The notes under the pieces: generated by a model
What the model was told of the DNA's origin: nothing
Database searches by the model: none
Seen by the model: the letters and a program-made list of their open reading frames with translations, nothing else
Shown: piece by piece, positions 29,051 to 43,060 of the stretch
Layout of the letters: each line of letters begins with the position of its first letter
How positions within the stretch are numbered: position 1 is the stretch's first letter
NCBI GenBank assembly: GCA_009914755.4
Contig: CP068257.2
Coordinates: 40,448,001-40,512,000, forward strand
Direction of reading: 5' to 3'
Source: the human T2T-CHM13v2.0 reference genome, Homo sapiens
Length of the DNA stretch: 64,000 bases
Made by a program: the position numbers and the translations under genes

Positions 29051-30362
29051 TAAATAAATAGAAATAATCATAACCCTGCCTGAGACAGGGCCATGAGCTT
29101 AAATCATACATGTAAAGAGCTTGAGATGGTTCCTGAGCTTCCTGATGCGTGTGGGGCCTGAGATGTTGTGGTTGTTGTGTTTTCAATATTGCTGCGTGAC
29201 ACCTGCTGTCTCCTCGTGCATGTAGGTTTCATGTCTCCAACCAGCCCATTACCCCCTGCAGAAGCGCCTGCCTTGCACAGGGGTCAGGCACCAGCAGGGG
29301 CTGGTCTCTGAGGCCTGCTTCTGCTGCTGAATAAGGGGTTCCGATGAGGTCGGGGCTGGTTCCCAGTTCTGTATGCTAAATTATGAGCTGCATCTCCTCC
29401 CAGGAAGGGGCTTCAAGTGTGTATCGGAGGACTCCTGCTCTCCCCAAACCTCCTTTGGAGTTCCCAGTGGAGGCTTGGGGGTTTGCTGGCAAAGTTTGTT
29501 CTGGTGACCACTGGTCTGGCTGTGCAGCTGCCAGTTCACCTGGCTTCCCAAGGGTTGAGATTTCAAGATATTAAGCTGAAATAAAAATACTGCATATGAA
29601 ATGAGGAAAGTGATCATTAAACCTCAGAAAAATAATTGGATGTGTACAACAGGAGACCGTGGCTTTTGATCTCTAATTGTCTAATTCTAGTTCTAATTCT
29701 CTGTTGTCAGCTGCAAGAGACCTGCAGTCTTGGCAAGGGCAGAAGACCGAGGGTCCTGGGTCTGGCTGCTGTATTAGTGTCCTGGGGCCACTGTAACCAA
29801 GGACCACAGACTGGGGGCTTCAAACAACAGAAACTTATTCTGTCACAGTTCTGGGGGCTGAAGAGTCTGAAATCAAGGTGTCGGCAGGGCTGGTTCCTCC
29901 TGAGGCCCCCAGGCCTCTCTCCTTGGCCTGCAGACGGCTGTCTTCTCTGTCTCTTCACACTGTCTTCCCCCATTCATGTCTGTTTCTGTGTCCAAATTTC
30001 CCCTTTTTGTGAGGGCACCAGCCATATTGGATTAGAACCCACCTTCACTAATTATATCTGCAGTAACCCTATTTCCAAATAAGGTCACATTCTGAGGTAC
30101 TGGAGGTTAGGACTTCAACATATGGATTTTAGGGGACAGAATTCAGCTTATCACAACTGGTACTGAAAGGTACTGATAGTTCCGGTTTGTAGGACTTCTA
30201 TTGGGATAGTGATGGATAGATAAGTACTGTAGAGGTTCTTTGCTGAAGAGCAGAATGGTACGTGTGTGTGGACAGTTCATTTCAGCTCTGCGGGCCTCAG
30301 TCTCCTCGTCTGTCTGACGGGGTGTCCTTCTGCTGTGTGACACTCTGATTCTGCCTTCACAG

Positions 30363-30549
30363 GTCACCAGCGCCCTGCAACCAATGGCCTCCACCGTCCA
30401 CCACCTGCACTCAGCCCCTGGGAACGCCTCCACCACAGTGTCGCGGCTGCTACTGGGCCTGCCACGGCCACTGCCTGTGGCTGACGTCTCCACCCTGCTG
30501 GGTGACATTGCGAAGCGTGTCTATGAAGTGATCAGCGTCCAGGTGCAAG
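30363..30549 (+). CDS. UMODL1: Coding exon 5: second half of SEA-like module 1 (VTSALQPMASTVHHLHSAPGNASTTVSRLLLGLPRPLPVADVSTLLGDIAKRVYEVISVQVQ+G), phase 0 to 1. Donor aag|gttggg is required by phase; a stronger but out-of-phase donor sits at 30543.
   Basis: Acceptor ctgccttcacag|. 62 stop-free GC3-rich codons. Begins V-x-S-x-x-P like exons 9 (VESSFPP) and 14 (VRGSLPA) and ends VQ+G like them (TRVQG, FIQG). Phase matches exon 4 short donor and exon 6 acceptor. Confidence 0.65.
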
Positions 30550-32366
30550 GTTGGGCTTCCCTCAATCCTCCCTCTGGGGAGGCTGCAGGGTGGTGCCTGA
30601 ACAGCCAAAATGCAAGGTGGACGCTAAAGCCAGACCAGTCCTTTGTCTTTTAAAGGAGGTTTAAGTTCAGGAGCAAAAGAATAACTGGTTCAAGTGTGTT
30701 CATCCCACAGGTGTGGGACCCATCTTCAGCTCACCCTGTAAATTCCAAGTCCCCAAGTGCAGACCTCTAGAACTTATTTTGCCCCCCATTTCCCGCCCCT
30801 CTCCTCTTCCCTCCATCTCTCCTCGGATCCCTCTGGCCTCCTGCCCCCTCGGCAGGCTTCTCCTTCCATCCTAGTGGACACTGGAGTGCAAATCCCAGAG
30901 CCACACACAAAGAACTTGTTTCTTCATTTCTTTGGTTTCCTAAATTTCCCTCTCGCCTCTTTCCCACCCTTGCCAAGGACATCCTTGTACTCCAAAGGCT
31001 CCTTCAGCACAATTTGTCTAAAGTTGAATTTGTATCTGGCAAAGCACATAGACGTGGCCTTGTTTCTGGAAGAAATTACCTATTCTTTGTTGTTGTTGTT
31101 CTATGTCAGGAATTGGCAAGCCTCATCTAAAAGGGATCAGATAGTAAATATTTTTGGCTTTGCGGGCCCACGTGGTCTCTGTCTCAACGACTCAGCCCTG
31201 CTGTTGTAGTAGTCACAGACAGTCCGCAAGCAAACCCCTGGGCTCCCGTACGGCTTCCTGTACCCAAGCAGGAGGCAGCCAGGCTAGTCTGCTGCTCCCA
31301 GGGCTTTGCAGGAGGGTGGCTGCCTTGGTGAAGCCTCTTCTATGACACTGAGGAGGCACGTGACAATGCCAGGGCTCAGAGCCGTGTGAAAGCTCTAGTG
31401 ATTGCATTGATCTCCCTTCAGATCCGCACATGTTCTGCAGAACCAAGCTGCATTGCTCTAGTGCCATTAAGCAAAGTGCTCGTTCTGTCATCTGCTCTGT
31501 CAATGACCTTTGGCCAGAGGTTGCAGGAGCACACCTGTGGGTGGACCAGTTGAGTTTATTATTCGAGGCAGCGAGGGAGAACCCACACCATGGAGAACCA
31601 TGTGGTTTCTCAGTAGGAGATTGTTAGAAAGAACCTGTTATAGGATGTGGGTTTTGATTGGGTGGTTTGGGGAGGGTCTAGGGAAGTGTGATTTTGTTCT
31701 GAATTGAATGCCATCAGAAAATGGAGGCAACTCCACGACTGGGAATGTCAATACATCTAAGCAAAAGAGATGGGAACAATTGCATAAAGATAAGCCATAG
31801 TTTGTAAAGAACTAATAATCACTCATTTGGGCCAAGGGAGGGGCATTAGTATTTTGTGGGTGACACATGAGCTTATCGCGCTGTCTGTACTTAGACAGCA
31901 TTATGAAGAGGCCCTGTCTGAGGCTGGTTGCTGTGAGATGGTTCTGTTTGGGAGGCCTGGGCCAGCCTCAGAACGTCAGGGGTGGCTCTGGGTTTCCTTG
32001 TTGGCGCAGAAAACACCCACTGATTTACTTTACGCTTGGGGTGGGATGTTTTGGCCCCACCTTTTCATGACCACTCAGACTCAGTCCAGCCCAGAGTGAT
32101 TTGCTCACGTGAGGCTGCCCGGTGAGCCAGCCGCGAGCCCTGCCTGAACGTGGGCTGCTGCTTGGATGACGATGGCCAGCAGCCGCACAGGGCCTTCTAA
32201 GACGAGACTTCCATAGTCTCCCTTGGGATCACTGCCCAAGGCACCCCTCAACCGACGTGGCACAAATCCGTGGCACGAGTCCACAGAGGCCGTGTGTGTG
32301 CAGGTAGATGAAGATGACGAGGTAGCTGCGACTGCTGAGTGTGGGTCCTGCTCTCCTTCCCTGTAG

Positions 32367-32507
32367 ATGTCAATGAGTGTTTCTATGAGGAGCTCAATGC
32401 CTGCTCTGGAAGGGAACTGTGCGCAAACCTGGAGGGCTCGTACTGGTGCGTCTGTCACCAGGAAGCTCCAGCCACGTCTCCACGGAAGCTGAACCTGGAG
32501 TGGGAAG
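32367..32507 (+). CDS. UMODL1: Coding exon 6: calcium-binding EGF-like domain 1 (DVNECFYEELNACSGRELCANLEGSYWCVCHQEAPATSPRKLNLEWE), phase 1 to 1.
   Basis: Acceptor ccttccctgtag|, donor aag|gtaatg. D-V-N-E-C start plus six Cys and the GSYxCxC motif of cbEGF. Confidence 0.85.
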
Positions 32508-35282
32508 GTAATGGCTAGGCTCTCTCAGATGGCATGGGAATGGCTTAATTCCTGTTTGCCCCGGGAATACTCACCAGCAGTGCTTACAGCTGCAGCATTC
32601 ACCCCGAGATAACTCTGCCATGAAATATCTTGCTTTTATTATTATTTTCGCATCACTGTGGTATATTGACTTTGGAAACAGAGGACACAATTCTACTTAT
32701 AGCATTCTGCTTTTAGTAGTGGTATTTCCATTTACAAAATATAGTGATTCTCAATCACTGAAAATGTCAAATCCTAGAAAACAGCAGTCCCACGTGTGTT
32801 GTTAACATTGTTCTCGAACAAGTTGTTGGCCGACGATTCATTTGCTGAACCTGTTTTTCTGAAATAGATGATTCTGATGATTCAGACAGTTCTGATGTTA
32901 GTTCTGTTTAGAAGTAATTCCAAGAACAGTTTTTATATTTTGTTTTCATATTGAAAATCAGTTAGATTTGCTTCAGCCCCAAAGAGCTTGTTTATGTAAA
33001 ATTAAATGAGTGCCGGCAGTGAGCTGCCGTTTTTTTCTTCGAAACGGGAAAAGGGTGAAGGCATTTTTTAAAGGCTGGATGGTCTTCAGACCACAGGGAC
33101 TCTTCTTGCCAAGAGGGAATGGCTGGCTAACCGGCACGGAATACACTTAGTTCTTTCAGCCATTATTGATCTCCTAGTGGGCCACCCTCGCATCTTCTTT
33201 GGCTTAGGAAATGTTGATTTAGGTGCTATTCACTGTGCTAGGTGCTGGTAATGGAAGCATGCAGAAGCAGGTCCTAATCTCTGCCTGTCTAGTGGATTGT
33301 GGAAATGGAGACATTTTGGCGCATGAAAGGGCAGGACTGATGTCTGCACTGGAACCACGAGGATAAGCTGGGACCATCCCTAGCATCGCGGGATCAGCCT
33401 GGAGAGCAGAAGAGCGGACTGGGTGTTGGGGGAAGCATGTAGATAAACGTGCCCAGGTCTGTCCCTGTTGGGAGTGGGGAGGGATGTACCAGCCAGGACT
33501 GGCACACGGGATTGGCTCTGCCATCAAGCAGCTTGGAAGAAGAAGTAACTGTGTAATCTGAAATGTAGGAAGGTGCTATAAAGACGATACTCTGAGTGCA
33601 GGAGTCTAGGGTGTGGAAGGTGGTGGAGAAAGGGATTCCGGCAACATTTTAGAGATAGAACCTCTGGAACTTATTGATTAATTCAGTGAAGAAGAGGAAA
33701 AAGGAAAGAAGACGGAATCCAGATGTCTTGACTGAACAGTGGAGTAGAAGGTGTTTCCATTGGAGAGGATGGGGAAGACCCGAGCTGTTGTTATTATTGT
33801 CAATAATAGTTATAGCTGAGATGGAGTGAGTGGCGGTGCCAGGATGCTGATTGAGTTGGACGCGTGGTGCTGGAGCACAGAGGCGGGGCTGGGCTGCATA
33901 CGTGAGTCCAGGGTCACCTCCAGGTGACACTTAAACCATGGTATGGCTGAGAGAAGGGAAGAGGCCTGGGGCCTGTGGCCAGAGAACCCCAACAGTGCCA
34001 GGTCAGTGCAGGAGGAGAGGCTGCAGATGACCTGGGTAAGGCAGGAAAACAGCTGGAAGGGCGTGCGCAGCAAGGTCAGCAGGGAAGGCTCAGCAAGCCC
34101 CAAGCGAGCAAGCGGTAAGCTGGCCGGCAAGCAGGGAGGGTACACGCATGGGTAACAGCAGGGCAGGAAAGTGCCTGTGGGAACTACGGGGATCCGGTGC
34201 AGACTTCAGGAGAGCAGAAGGGAAGCAGCCAGCAGCCCGGGTTAGGAAGACAGCTGGAGGAGAGAAAGAAGCGAGAATAGCCGAGAATCCTGCAGGGAAG
34301 CTTGACTATGAACAGGCTGAGGGAAGGAAAGCCTGATGTGGAGGAGGCTGTGGACTCCCAGGGGGTCTCTCAAAAGACAGGCGAAGCTGATCCCGGCTCT
34401 TTCTATTCCCTGTTCCTTTCCAGGTTTTGACCTTATTGAACGCAGGGTTGAGGGTTTTTTTGTTTTTTTTTTTTAAACCTTATTTAAATCCTGCTACATG
34501 TGTAATTTTATAAGCTGCTTTCTTCAGTTCCTATAATGTGTATAAAGTTTCCAAGAAGAAGCCTGGTTTTCACCATGATAATTATTGGTGGTTGAAAACT
34601 AGTGGCTTTCTAAAGCAATCATATAATATTCTTTCCCCTCACGGGAGCACTTCTGTTGCTTTCAAGAGTCTGGAACTGTAACCTTGTGACAGGGGTTACA
34701 GGGAATCTCTTTATATCCAATTTGAATTCGTTAATCATTTAATTTGCATGTTCTTTTTCCTTAAAAGGGACTCAACATTGAGGACCGTCCCTTTGTTCAC
34801 AATAACACCACAGCTGGCAGTTGCCCGCACTTCACGCGCTCTGGGCTCTGCTCTGAGCACTCTGTGGGTATTGCTTCGTTTAAATTCTTAGACTAACCCC
34901 AAGAGGCAACTACTCTCCTTAAGCTCATTTTTTTTTCAGAAGAGGAAATTGAGGGGGACGAAGGTGATTTTCTTGCATAAGATCCCAAGGCTGGTCCTCT
35001 GAAGACGCACATGAACCAGCTGTGTCCCAAGGCTGTCTTCCCTAGGAGCCCTCTGGCGGGGACCTGCCTGAGAGTGTGATGGGCTCTCCCCCGCCCTCGG
35101 GGGCTGCCTTTTGTCCCAGTGCACTCAGGAAAACCGCCATGCCCTTTCCAACCTTCATGAGTGCTTAGGACCAAGAGTTGGGTAGAGCTCCAGAAGAGTT
35201 GAATTATTTTATTTGGCGTTCTAGAACCCAACTAGGAAAAGGAGTCTAAGGTTCTGGTTTATTTATTTATTTAATTAATTTT

Positions 35283-35590
35283 ATTTTTTGTTTTTTTATA
35301 GAGACAGGGTCTTACTCTGTCACCCAGGCTGGAGTGCAGTGGCGTGATCGCCGGTCACTGCAGCCTCCAGCTCCCAGGCTCCAATCTCAGCCTCTGGAGT
35401 AGCTGGGACCACAGGCATGCACCACCACAGCCATGCGCCACCACAGCTGGCTCATTTTTAAATTTTTTTGTAGAGACGAGGTCTCACTGAGTAGCCCAGG
35501 CTGTTCTCAAGCTCCCAGCCTCAAGAGATCCTTCCTCCTTGGCCTCACAAAGCGCTGGGATTGCAGGCAGGAGACCCCGTGTTCAGCCTA
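35283..35590 (-). mobile_element. Alu SINE (older, diverged)
   Basis: Poly-T, gagacagggtcttactctgtcacccaggctggagtgcagtggcgtgatc... Confidence 0.85.
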
Positions 35591-37015
35591 AGGTTCTGAT
35601 TGGCTCTTCTCGTTGTCCTGTGGGCGAGGGGTTGGGGGAGTGGACCAGTTCCCAGAGCCAGCTGTGGATGTGGCGGGCTCCAGGGTCAGATCTTCCCCCC
35701 ATCACCAGGAACGTTCCCCTCCTATCAGAATGAGGCTGTGTGGGGAGAGCGGACTTGCCCTCCACCCACTGGCAGATGAATCCCTGGTGCCCCGCAAAGA
35801 GCAGGCACTCCACAAACGTTTCCTGGATCAATCACGGAAAGAGAGGTTTTCACAGTGGTCATCCCCGGGGTCTCCAGGTATTAAAAATTTCCAGCCCAGC
35901 TCTGCCAGCAAAACACTGAGAACACTCCTGTACCCCGCAGCACGTGGCCTTGAGATCCACTTAGAACTTCGCGCCACGTCCACATCCCACGGCACCCCAC
36001 TAAGCTCTGCAGAGAACTGTCTATAGATTCCTGCTCTGTGGCTTCCAGGGTGAGAATCCTGTCCCTTTCGTGAGCACAGAAGGTTGGAAAACAGGTATTT
36101 TCCAAATAGTTATTTTTACCCTGGTCAGTCATCCGGAAAAATATTAGATTCTATTTACGGTTAGGTTTGTTGGCAGTCACACTCTGCCGTGTTGCTTGGC
36201 ACAGTGAACTGCCAGATTGCGTCAGGATACAGGGCCGCTCGAGCGACCGCCAAACACAAAGAGGGGAGGCTGCGCGGCCCCAGCTTCACTTCTAATAGGG
36301 CAGGACACACTAATCCAGTGTTTCCAGATCAGCAGTTTAGAGTGAATTCCAATTGCATATTGCTAAGGGAAACAGCATCCCCGGCACCTTCCCTGCTGAA
36401 CCAGAGATGAGTCACGGCTGCCCGGGAAGAAACAAGGGCCAGACTGTCAGACGTGGAGAACCCAGGGTGCTTTACCCAGATAGAGGCAAAGTTCTGAACT
36501 TGTGTTCCTAGCTGTGGTTGGGGAGGGCTGTGGAGCAAGGGCTCTGGGGCCTGAAGTTTAGATTATCCGCATTGCCGTGGCCTTGGGTCATACAAACCCA
36601 GAGTCAAGAGCATCATTTTCTAGGGCCACATTTAAGGGGGACACTGAAAAGGGTCCCCATTTAAGGGTAACCAAAGGAGGGTGTCCTGGCTAATGAAAAA
36701 CCAAAAACCAAGTTATAGGGGCCTACCCTGGAAGAGAGGAGTCGGGGGTAGAAGGAAGATTTCCAGTTTTAAAATACCCCAAGGTCTGTCCAACGAAAGA
36801 GAGATTGGCCTTAGCACGTTAGAAGTTGGTTGGTTGGTTTTACAACACAAAGAAAACTCTCCAAGCTGTGCTGTCCAGCCACGGGAACAGCTGCCGTGAA
36901 ATTTCGTAGATATGTAAGTTTCCCGGGTTTCCCTAACAAAGGCCCATGAACTGGGTGGCTTCAAACAAGAGAAATGTATCCTCTCACAGTTCTGAGGACC
37001 AGAAATTTGAAATAG

Positions 37016-37609
<594 letters not shown>

Positions 37610-37794
37610 TAGGGTGTACCTGGGAAATCCAGGATTATCTTTCCATCTGAAGATACTTCACTGAATCACATCTGCAAAGATTCCTTTTCCAAATAAGGTC
37701 ACAGTCGTAGGTTGCAGGGATTAGGACTTGATATCTTTGAAGCTCATTATTCAGCCTGCTACTGGTGATAGGAAAGCTTAGTAGTAAGGCAAGT

Positions 37795-37975
37795 GAACTT
37801 TGCTATTTCCTATTGTTCAGCTTTGCCATTTACTACCTACTTGACCTTTCTAGGCCTCAGTTTTGTCCTCTGTAAAATGGGGATCCTAGAAGAACTTATT
37901 ACCTGGGATTGCTGTAAGGACTAAATAGGATAACATGGCTGGTGCACACAGTACCCAGGAAACATTACCTGTAAC
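37795..37975 (+). mobile_element. MIR SINE fragment
   Basis: ctacttgacctttctaggcctcagttttgtcctctgtaaaatggggatc ... acacagtacccagg. Confidence 0.65.
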
Positions 37976-40564
37976 CATGTCGCTGATAGCTTGGCTGGTT
38001 TGTGACATGGATGTCATGGGAGGGAGTACTGCAGGGGGCTCACACCAGGGAGTTAATTTATAGCTCCCTGCAAGTTCCTACCGCTGCTATAATGCATGCT
38101 GCGTTAGCTTGGACACTGTGGACCTTAACTCATCATTGTTCCCTCAGTGTTTATGGTGATGCTGGGTGCATAGTAGAAGCTCAATTAAAAAAAATTGAGC
38201 CATAAGAAATTGGTGCCCTTATTGGTCAAACATGGTCAAATATGGACAATTCCAAATGCTTCAAGGTAACACACTGGAGAAAGGGCCACACAGATATTGG
38301 ATGGGAACATTGTCCTCAGGGATAATGCATTTCTTTGGATTAGATGAGATTCTTTTACCCCAAATGCTTGCAATCTCTCTTAGTTGCAAAAGTCACTGAC
38401 GGCAGCTTCTGCAGATGCCTCGGAGGGCTTCACAGCATTTGAAATGCCAGGTTTGCAGGTCCCCCATCCAGTGATCCAAAAACCCCCTGGCATCTTAATT
38501 TAAAGAGTAAATATACTTATTAAAAGAGGTAAAGCATGCATTGCCAGCCCCGTACCCTTTGAGACTTCTTTCCAAACACCATTCCTCTGCGTTCTTTTCA
38601 AATAAGTACGGGTGCCCTTTTAATTTTAACTCTGCTCCGTTCAGAAGCACTCCTTATAGAATGCGTTTTTAAATGGCCTGTAATCTGGGTGGGCCATCTG
38701 TTGTCCCACCCATGTGCTCTCTCGCTCTGCGTCAAGTTTGATATCTGAATGGCAACAAGGAGGCAAGGTTGGAGCCCTGGGTGTGGGCTGGGGGGCTGCT
38801 GTTATAGCTGCTGCGCCTGCTCGTGGCCGCCCCACTTTCCTGTTTGCAGGGCGTTTTGCTGTCACACCATCCTCCACCAACGTGGATTAAAAAAATGCTT
38901 GGGGCTGTGTCCTGACTGTACAAAAATAGAACAGTCAGTGCTTTTAGCAGACTTTTTGGAAAAGAAATTGTAGCCCGCCCTTCCTTTTTCAGTGAGACAT
39001 ATGTTCCCAAGGAACAGACTTTAAGAAGCCGGGTGGTTGTTAGAAGGCCAGGCAGTGAGTGGGGGGTCTTTTTGATTCCAGGGTTCTGGTGACCCTGGAG
39101 ACGGGGGTGCCACCCACAATCTCAGGTCCCAAGCTTTGGGCCACCCTCAGTTGAAGCATTTCTGCTTTTCTTGCCACTAAAGAAAATATCATAAAGAATG
39201 AATCCATGTCTGTTTCCCTGACCAGTATGCCGAAAATCACTGGACAATCCTGTAAAAAGTATAGATGTGTCTTTTAAAAAACTACATTCTACCCCACATC
39301 CTAGAAGTGTTATTAGGACACATCAGAATTTGGATGGATGTCACTGATCCTGTCTGAGTGAAGCCTGTCCAGATTCCAGTAACAGATGCTCATCTGCTGG
39401 GAGGTGGAGCGGCAGGTTCTCAGTGAGGGAGCTCACCTACACAGGGACCAAGATTCAAAGGAGGCAGCTCAGTCTCAGGTTGGAAGGAGGAGACAGCAGG
39501 GCTATGTCGCGTGGTGGTGACTGGGCACTAAATTGGATTCTGAGCCTCTCAGCAGCCAAGGCGCAAAGGGAAATGAGTTGGACAGTGTTGGGTTTTTTTT
39601 GTTTTTGTTTTTGTTATTGAGAGAAAGCAGGCACATATGTCTAAAAGCAGAATTCTTTTCATGATACTAGAAAGCATATATCCTACCAGTCCTTACAGAA
39701 AAGGCTTTGGGAAGCCACACATTATAAAATTATTATTTTCTTTACCATGGTTTTGCAAAATATATTTTTAAAAGTTCTTTGTTGCTTATTTTTATAGAGC
39801 TTAAATTCTGATGTGAAAATTTTGGTGCGTAGACTGGGGGCCGTCTACTTTTTATATAATTCTTACTGCCCAGACACTTGCTGTACAGCCAGAATGTTTT
39901 TAACCAAAAAAGAGCTTCGATGCTATTTGAGCACTAGAATATATATAGGTTGGTACATCAGAGCTTTGCTCTCTGAGGCATGGATTTCAATAGGAAAGCA
40001 TAAAAAGGGCAATAAAGGAAGCTCAGCCTGATTTCTGAGTCCGGCTTCCTGATGAGGCCATTGTTTATGGAGTGATGAGTCAGCCCAGTGCAGAAGTTCT
40101 CGTGCAAATGATCAAGTGCTTGTCATGAATCAGAGCAGCCCAGGGCCTCAGGAGAGGCTGGCAAGGCAGTATTTGTAGATGTGGCACAGAAACCTTACAC
40201 TGTCGTGGCCATTGCTACAAATGTTTTCTGTACGATGACTGTATACGGGTCCCCAGAGAGACTGTTCTGACTTTCTAGTAACCACCGATTCCGGATCCCA
40301 GAGAGCCCCACGACTCAATGCTGTTCACTGTGTAGACAGAGGCACACTTGGATGACTCCCACCCTCTAACTTGGCTCAGTGATAGAGAGGCTGGGATTTC
40401 AACTTCAGACCTCTTGCTTCTCCATTTCATCTCAAATATCCCCATCACCTAATGCAATCCTGAGCTACCTTCCAAAATTACTCAGAAGCCTAGAGAGAGA
40501 GAAGATTGATACCTCTGTTTTGAATGAATGGGTTGCATTTATTATTGGAAAAAAAAACAGTGAG

Positions 40565-40887
<323 letters not shown>

Positions 40888-41005
40888 TCAACTTGATCAA
40901 TAAATCAGTGAGAACCAAGTTGAGATGAGGCTCTGTTACCTGCTTCAGAAGAGAAAGCCGCCCTCACTGACCCTTTGCTCATCTTCTCTGTCTGTGCTTT
41001 CGTAG

Positions 41006-41260
41006 ATTGTCCTCCAGTCAGTGACTACGTGGTCCTCAACGTCACCAGTGACAGTTTTCAAGTATCCTGGCGTTTAAATTCTACACAGAACCACACTTTC
41101 CATGTCCGGGTTTACCGGGGTATGGAGTTGCTCAGGAGCGCCAGGACACAGAGCCAGGCACTGGCAGTGGCTGGGCTGGAGGCTGGAGTGCTGTACAGGG
41201 TGAAGACCAGCTACCAGGGGTGCGGGGCCGACGTCTCCACCACGCTGACCATCAAAACCA
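41006..41260 (+). CDS. UMODL1: Coding exon 7: fibronectin type III domain 1 (DCPPVSDYVVLNVTSDSFQVSWRLNSTQNHTFHVRVYRGMELLRSARTQSQALAVAGLEAGVLYRVKTSYQGCGADVSTTLTIKT), phase 1 to 1.
   Basis: Acceptor tgctttcgtag|, donor cca|gtaagg. Hallmark FN3 W and Y (LYRV) residues present. Paralogous to exon 12. Confidence 0.85.
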
Positions 41261-41764
41261 GTAAGGCCCCCAGTCAGAGACCCACGTTAGCTTGCGAGCT
41301 TGTCTTTCTATCCCAGGTCTGTGGCCCTAGCATGTCGCGTTCTTCTTCCTATAACCAGGGCACCAGAAGTCACTGACCGCCCTGCACTTCCTCCCTCCCC
41401 TCCCAGTCATCCCACTGCCTGCCCGGCATTGCACCGGCCCGCTGGTGCCTTCACTGGCTCCCTCGCTTCCCTACATGTCGTCCTGTTAGGGGTTCGTTCT
41501 GCCGTGTGAGGGGACAACATGTGGACTCAGAAGCACCAATAAGGCATCAGCTAGGGTGAAGCAAAGGAACAAAATAATAATAATAAAGCAGAAGGCGGCA
41601 GCTCCTGGCAGGCAGATCCGGACCCTGCCCGCTTACCCAGCAGCACTGAGGCCGTCTAAGTTCCCTCCCCGAGAGGGGAGCATCGCTGACGTTTTCACGC
41701 CTTGCTTCACTCATGATGCATGTAAAGCGAATGCCATGCCCACCACATTGGTGCTGGGACAAAA

Positions 41765-42005
41765 CGTTTTTTCTTTTTGAGACAGGGTCTCGCTCTGTCA
41801 CCCAGGCTGGAGTGTAGTGGTATGATCACAGCTCGCTGCGGCCTCGACCCCCTGGACTCAAGTGATCCTGCCACCTCAGCCTCCCTAGTAGCTGGGACCA
41901 CAGGCACACACCACCACACCAGGCTAAATTTTTTATTTTTCATAAGGATGGAGTCTTGCCATGTTGCTCAGGCTGGTGTCAAACTCCTGGGCTCAAGTGA
42001 TCTCA
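41765..42005 (-). mobile_element. Alu SINE (partial/diverged)
   Basis: Poly-T then gagacagggtctcgctctgtcacccaggctggagtgtagtgg... Confidence 0.85.
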
Positions 42006-42777
42006 GGAGGCAACTTTTGTCTCCAAAACACACACGACACACACATGAACTTGGGGCTTGTGTCAGGAAGGCAGCCGGTGTGGCCCATCTGGGTCTGTCC
42101 CGGGCAGCCCACTTGGCTCTGCCCGTGTCTTGCTCCCCACTTGCCTGGTGCCCGTGGTGCCTAGACTTGGTCAGATGAGGCCTGGCTGGTGGAAGTTCTC
42201 CCCCAGGCTGGCATCTGTGGCTGTGGGGTGTGAATGTGGGGTTGCTGGGGCTCCATTCTGGTTCTGGGTTCCGATGTGTGTCCCTGACGTAGAGCCAGTG
42301 GGAGCCCTGGGCTGTGGGCTTTGGGCTTCATGTCTCAGCAGAGCGTACAGAGCATACAAGTTGCTGCATGAAGACCATACTGGGGCCTTTCTCACTCACA
42401 GGGGTTAATGCTAGTGACAGTGAGTGGTGGTGGAGAATGAATGGCGGAATGAGCGACCTTCTGTGGCTCGGCCCTACACCCTTTTCAAACTGATTTGGGG
42501 CGGACCTCAAGCTAAGTCCTCATAGCAGCCAGCACGGGCATCCAGAAAGCCCTCAAGCACCCCGGCCACCCTCGACACAAGCCCTCCACTGTGCACGCGG
42601 CATCCCATTCCAAGCTGACTCCACCTCATCTTCTCATTTCATTTCCAAAGTACACCAGGACTGAGGGGAGGGACACTCTTTTCCCTTTTTGGAAACTGAG
42701 GCCTGAGAGGCAGTTCCATTACAGAACCATCCTCCAGGGTACAAAATTGATCTCTATTGGGAAATGCAATAGGAACT

Positions 42778-43060
42778 TGCAGCTCCCTCCCCACCCCAGC
42801 AACCCCGTGCCCTCCTCACCCTCCCCACCCCAGCAACCCCATGCCCTCCTCACCCTCCCCACCCCACCAACCCTGTGCCCTCCTCACCCTCCCCACCCCA
42901 GCAACCCCGTGCCCTCCTCACCCTCCCCACCCCACCAACCCCGTGCCCTCCTCACCCTCCCCACCCCACCAACCCCGTGCCCTCCTCACCCTCCCCACCC
43001 ACCAACCCCATGCCCTCACCCTCCCTACCCACCAACCCCGTGCCTTCAGGAAAAAAAATA
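42778..43060. repeat. C-rich tandem repeat, ~34-bp unit x about 8 (ccccaccccagcaaccccgtgccctcctcaccct); G4 (minus strand) / i-motif potential; intron 7
   Basis: Direct inspection. Drives a spurious proline-rich ORF at 42591-43088. Confidence 0.85.

Noticed and set aside
30543-30544. Stronger donor cag|gtgcaa for exon 5
   Set aside because: It would end exon 5 in phase 0, and no downstream acceptor in the window continues an open frame. The phase-1 donor at 30550 restores the frame with exon 6 and reproduces the VQG exon-end seen in paralogous exons 9 and 14.
31430-31707. Candidate exon between exons 5 and 6
   Set aside because: No acceptor/donor pair giving phase continuity. Peptide shows no domain features. 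Exon 5-6 phase already closes with the 30550 donor.
33940-34340. Purine-rich, stop-poor plus-strand stretch (ORFs 33943-34155 and 34148-34336) as a possible extra exon
   Set aside because: Strong strand asymmetry (GA-rich), no splice sites in phase with exons 6 and 7, no domain similarity. Likely a decayed repeat.
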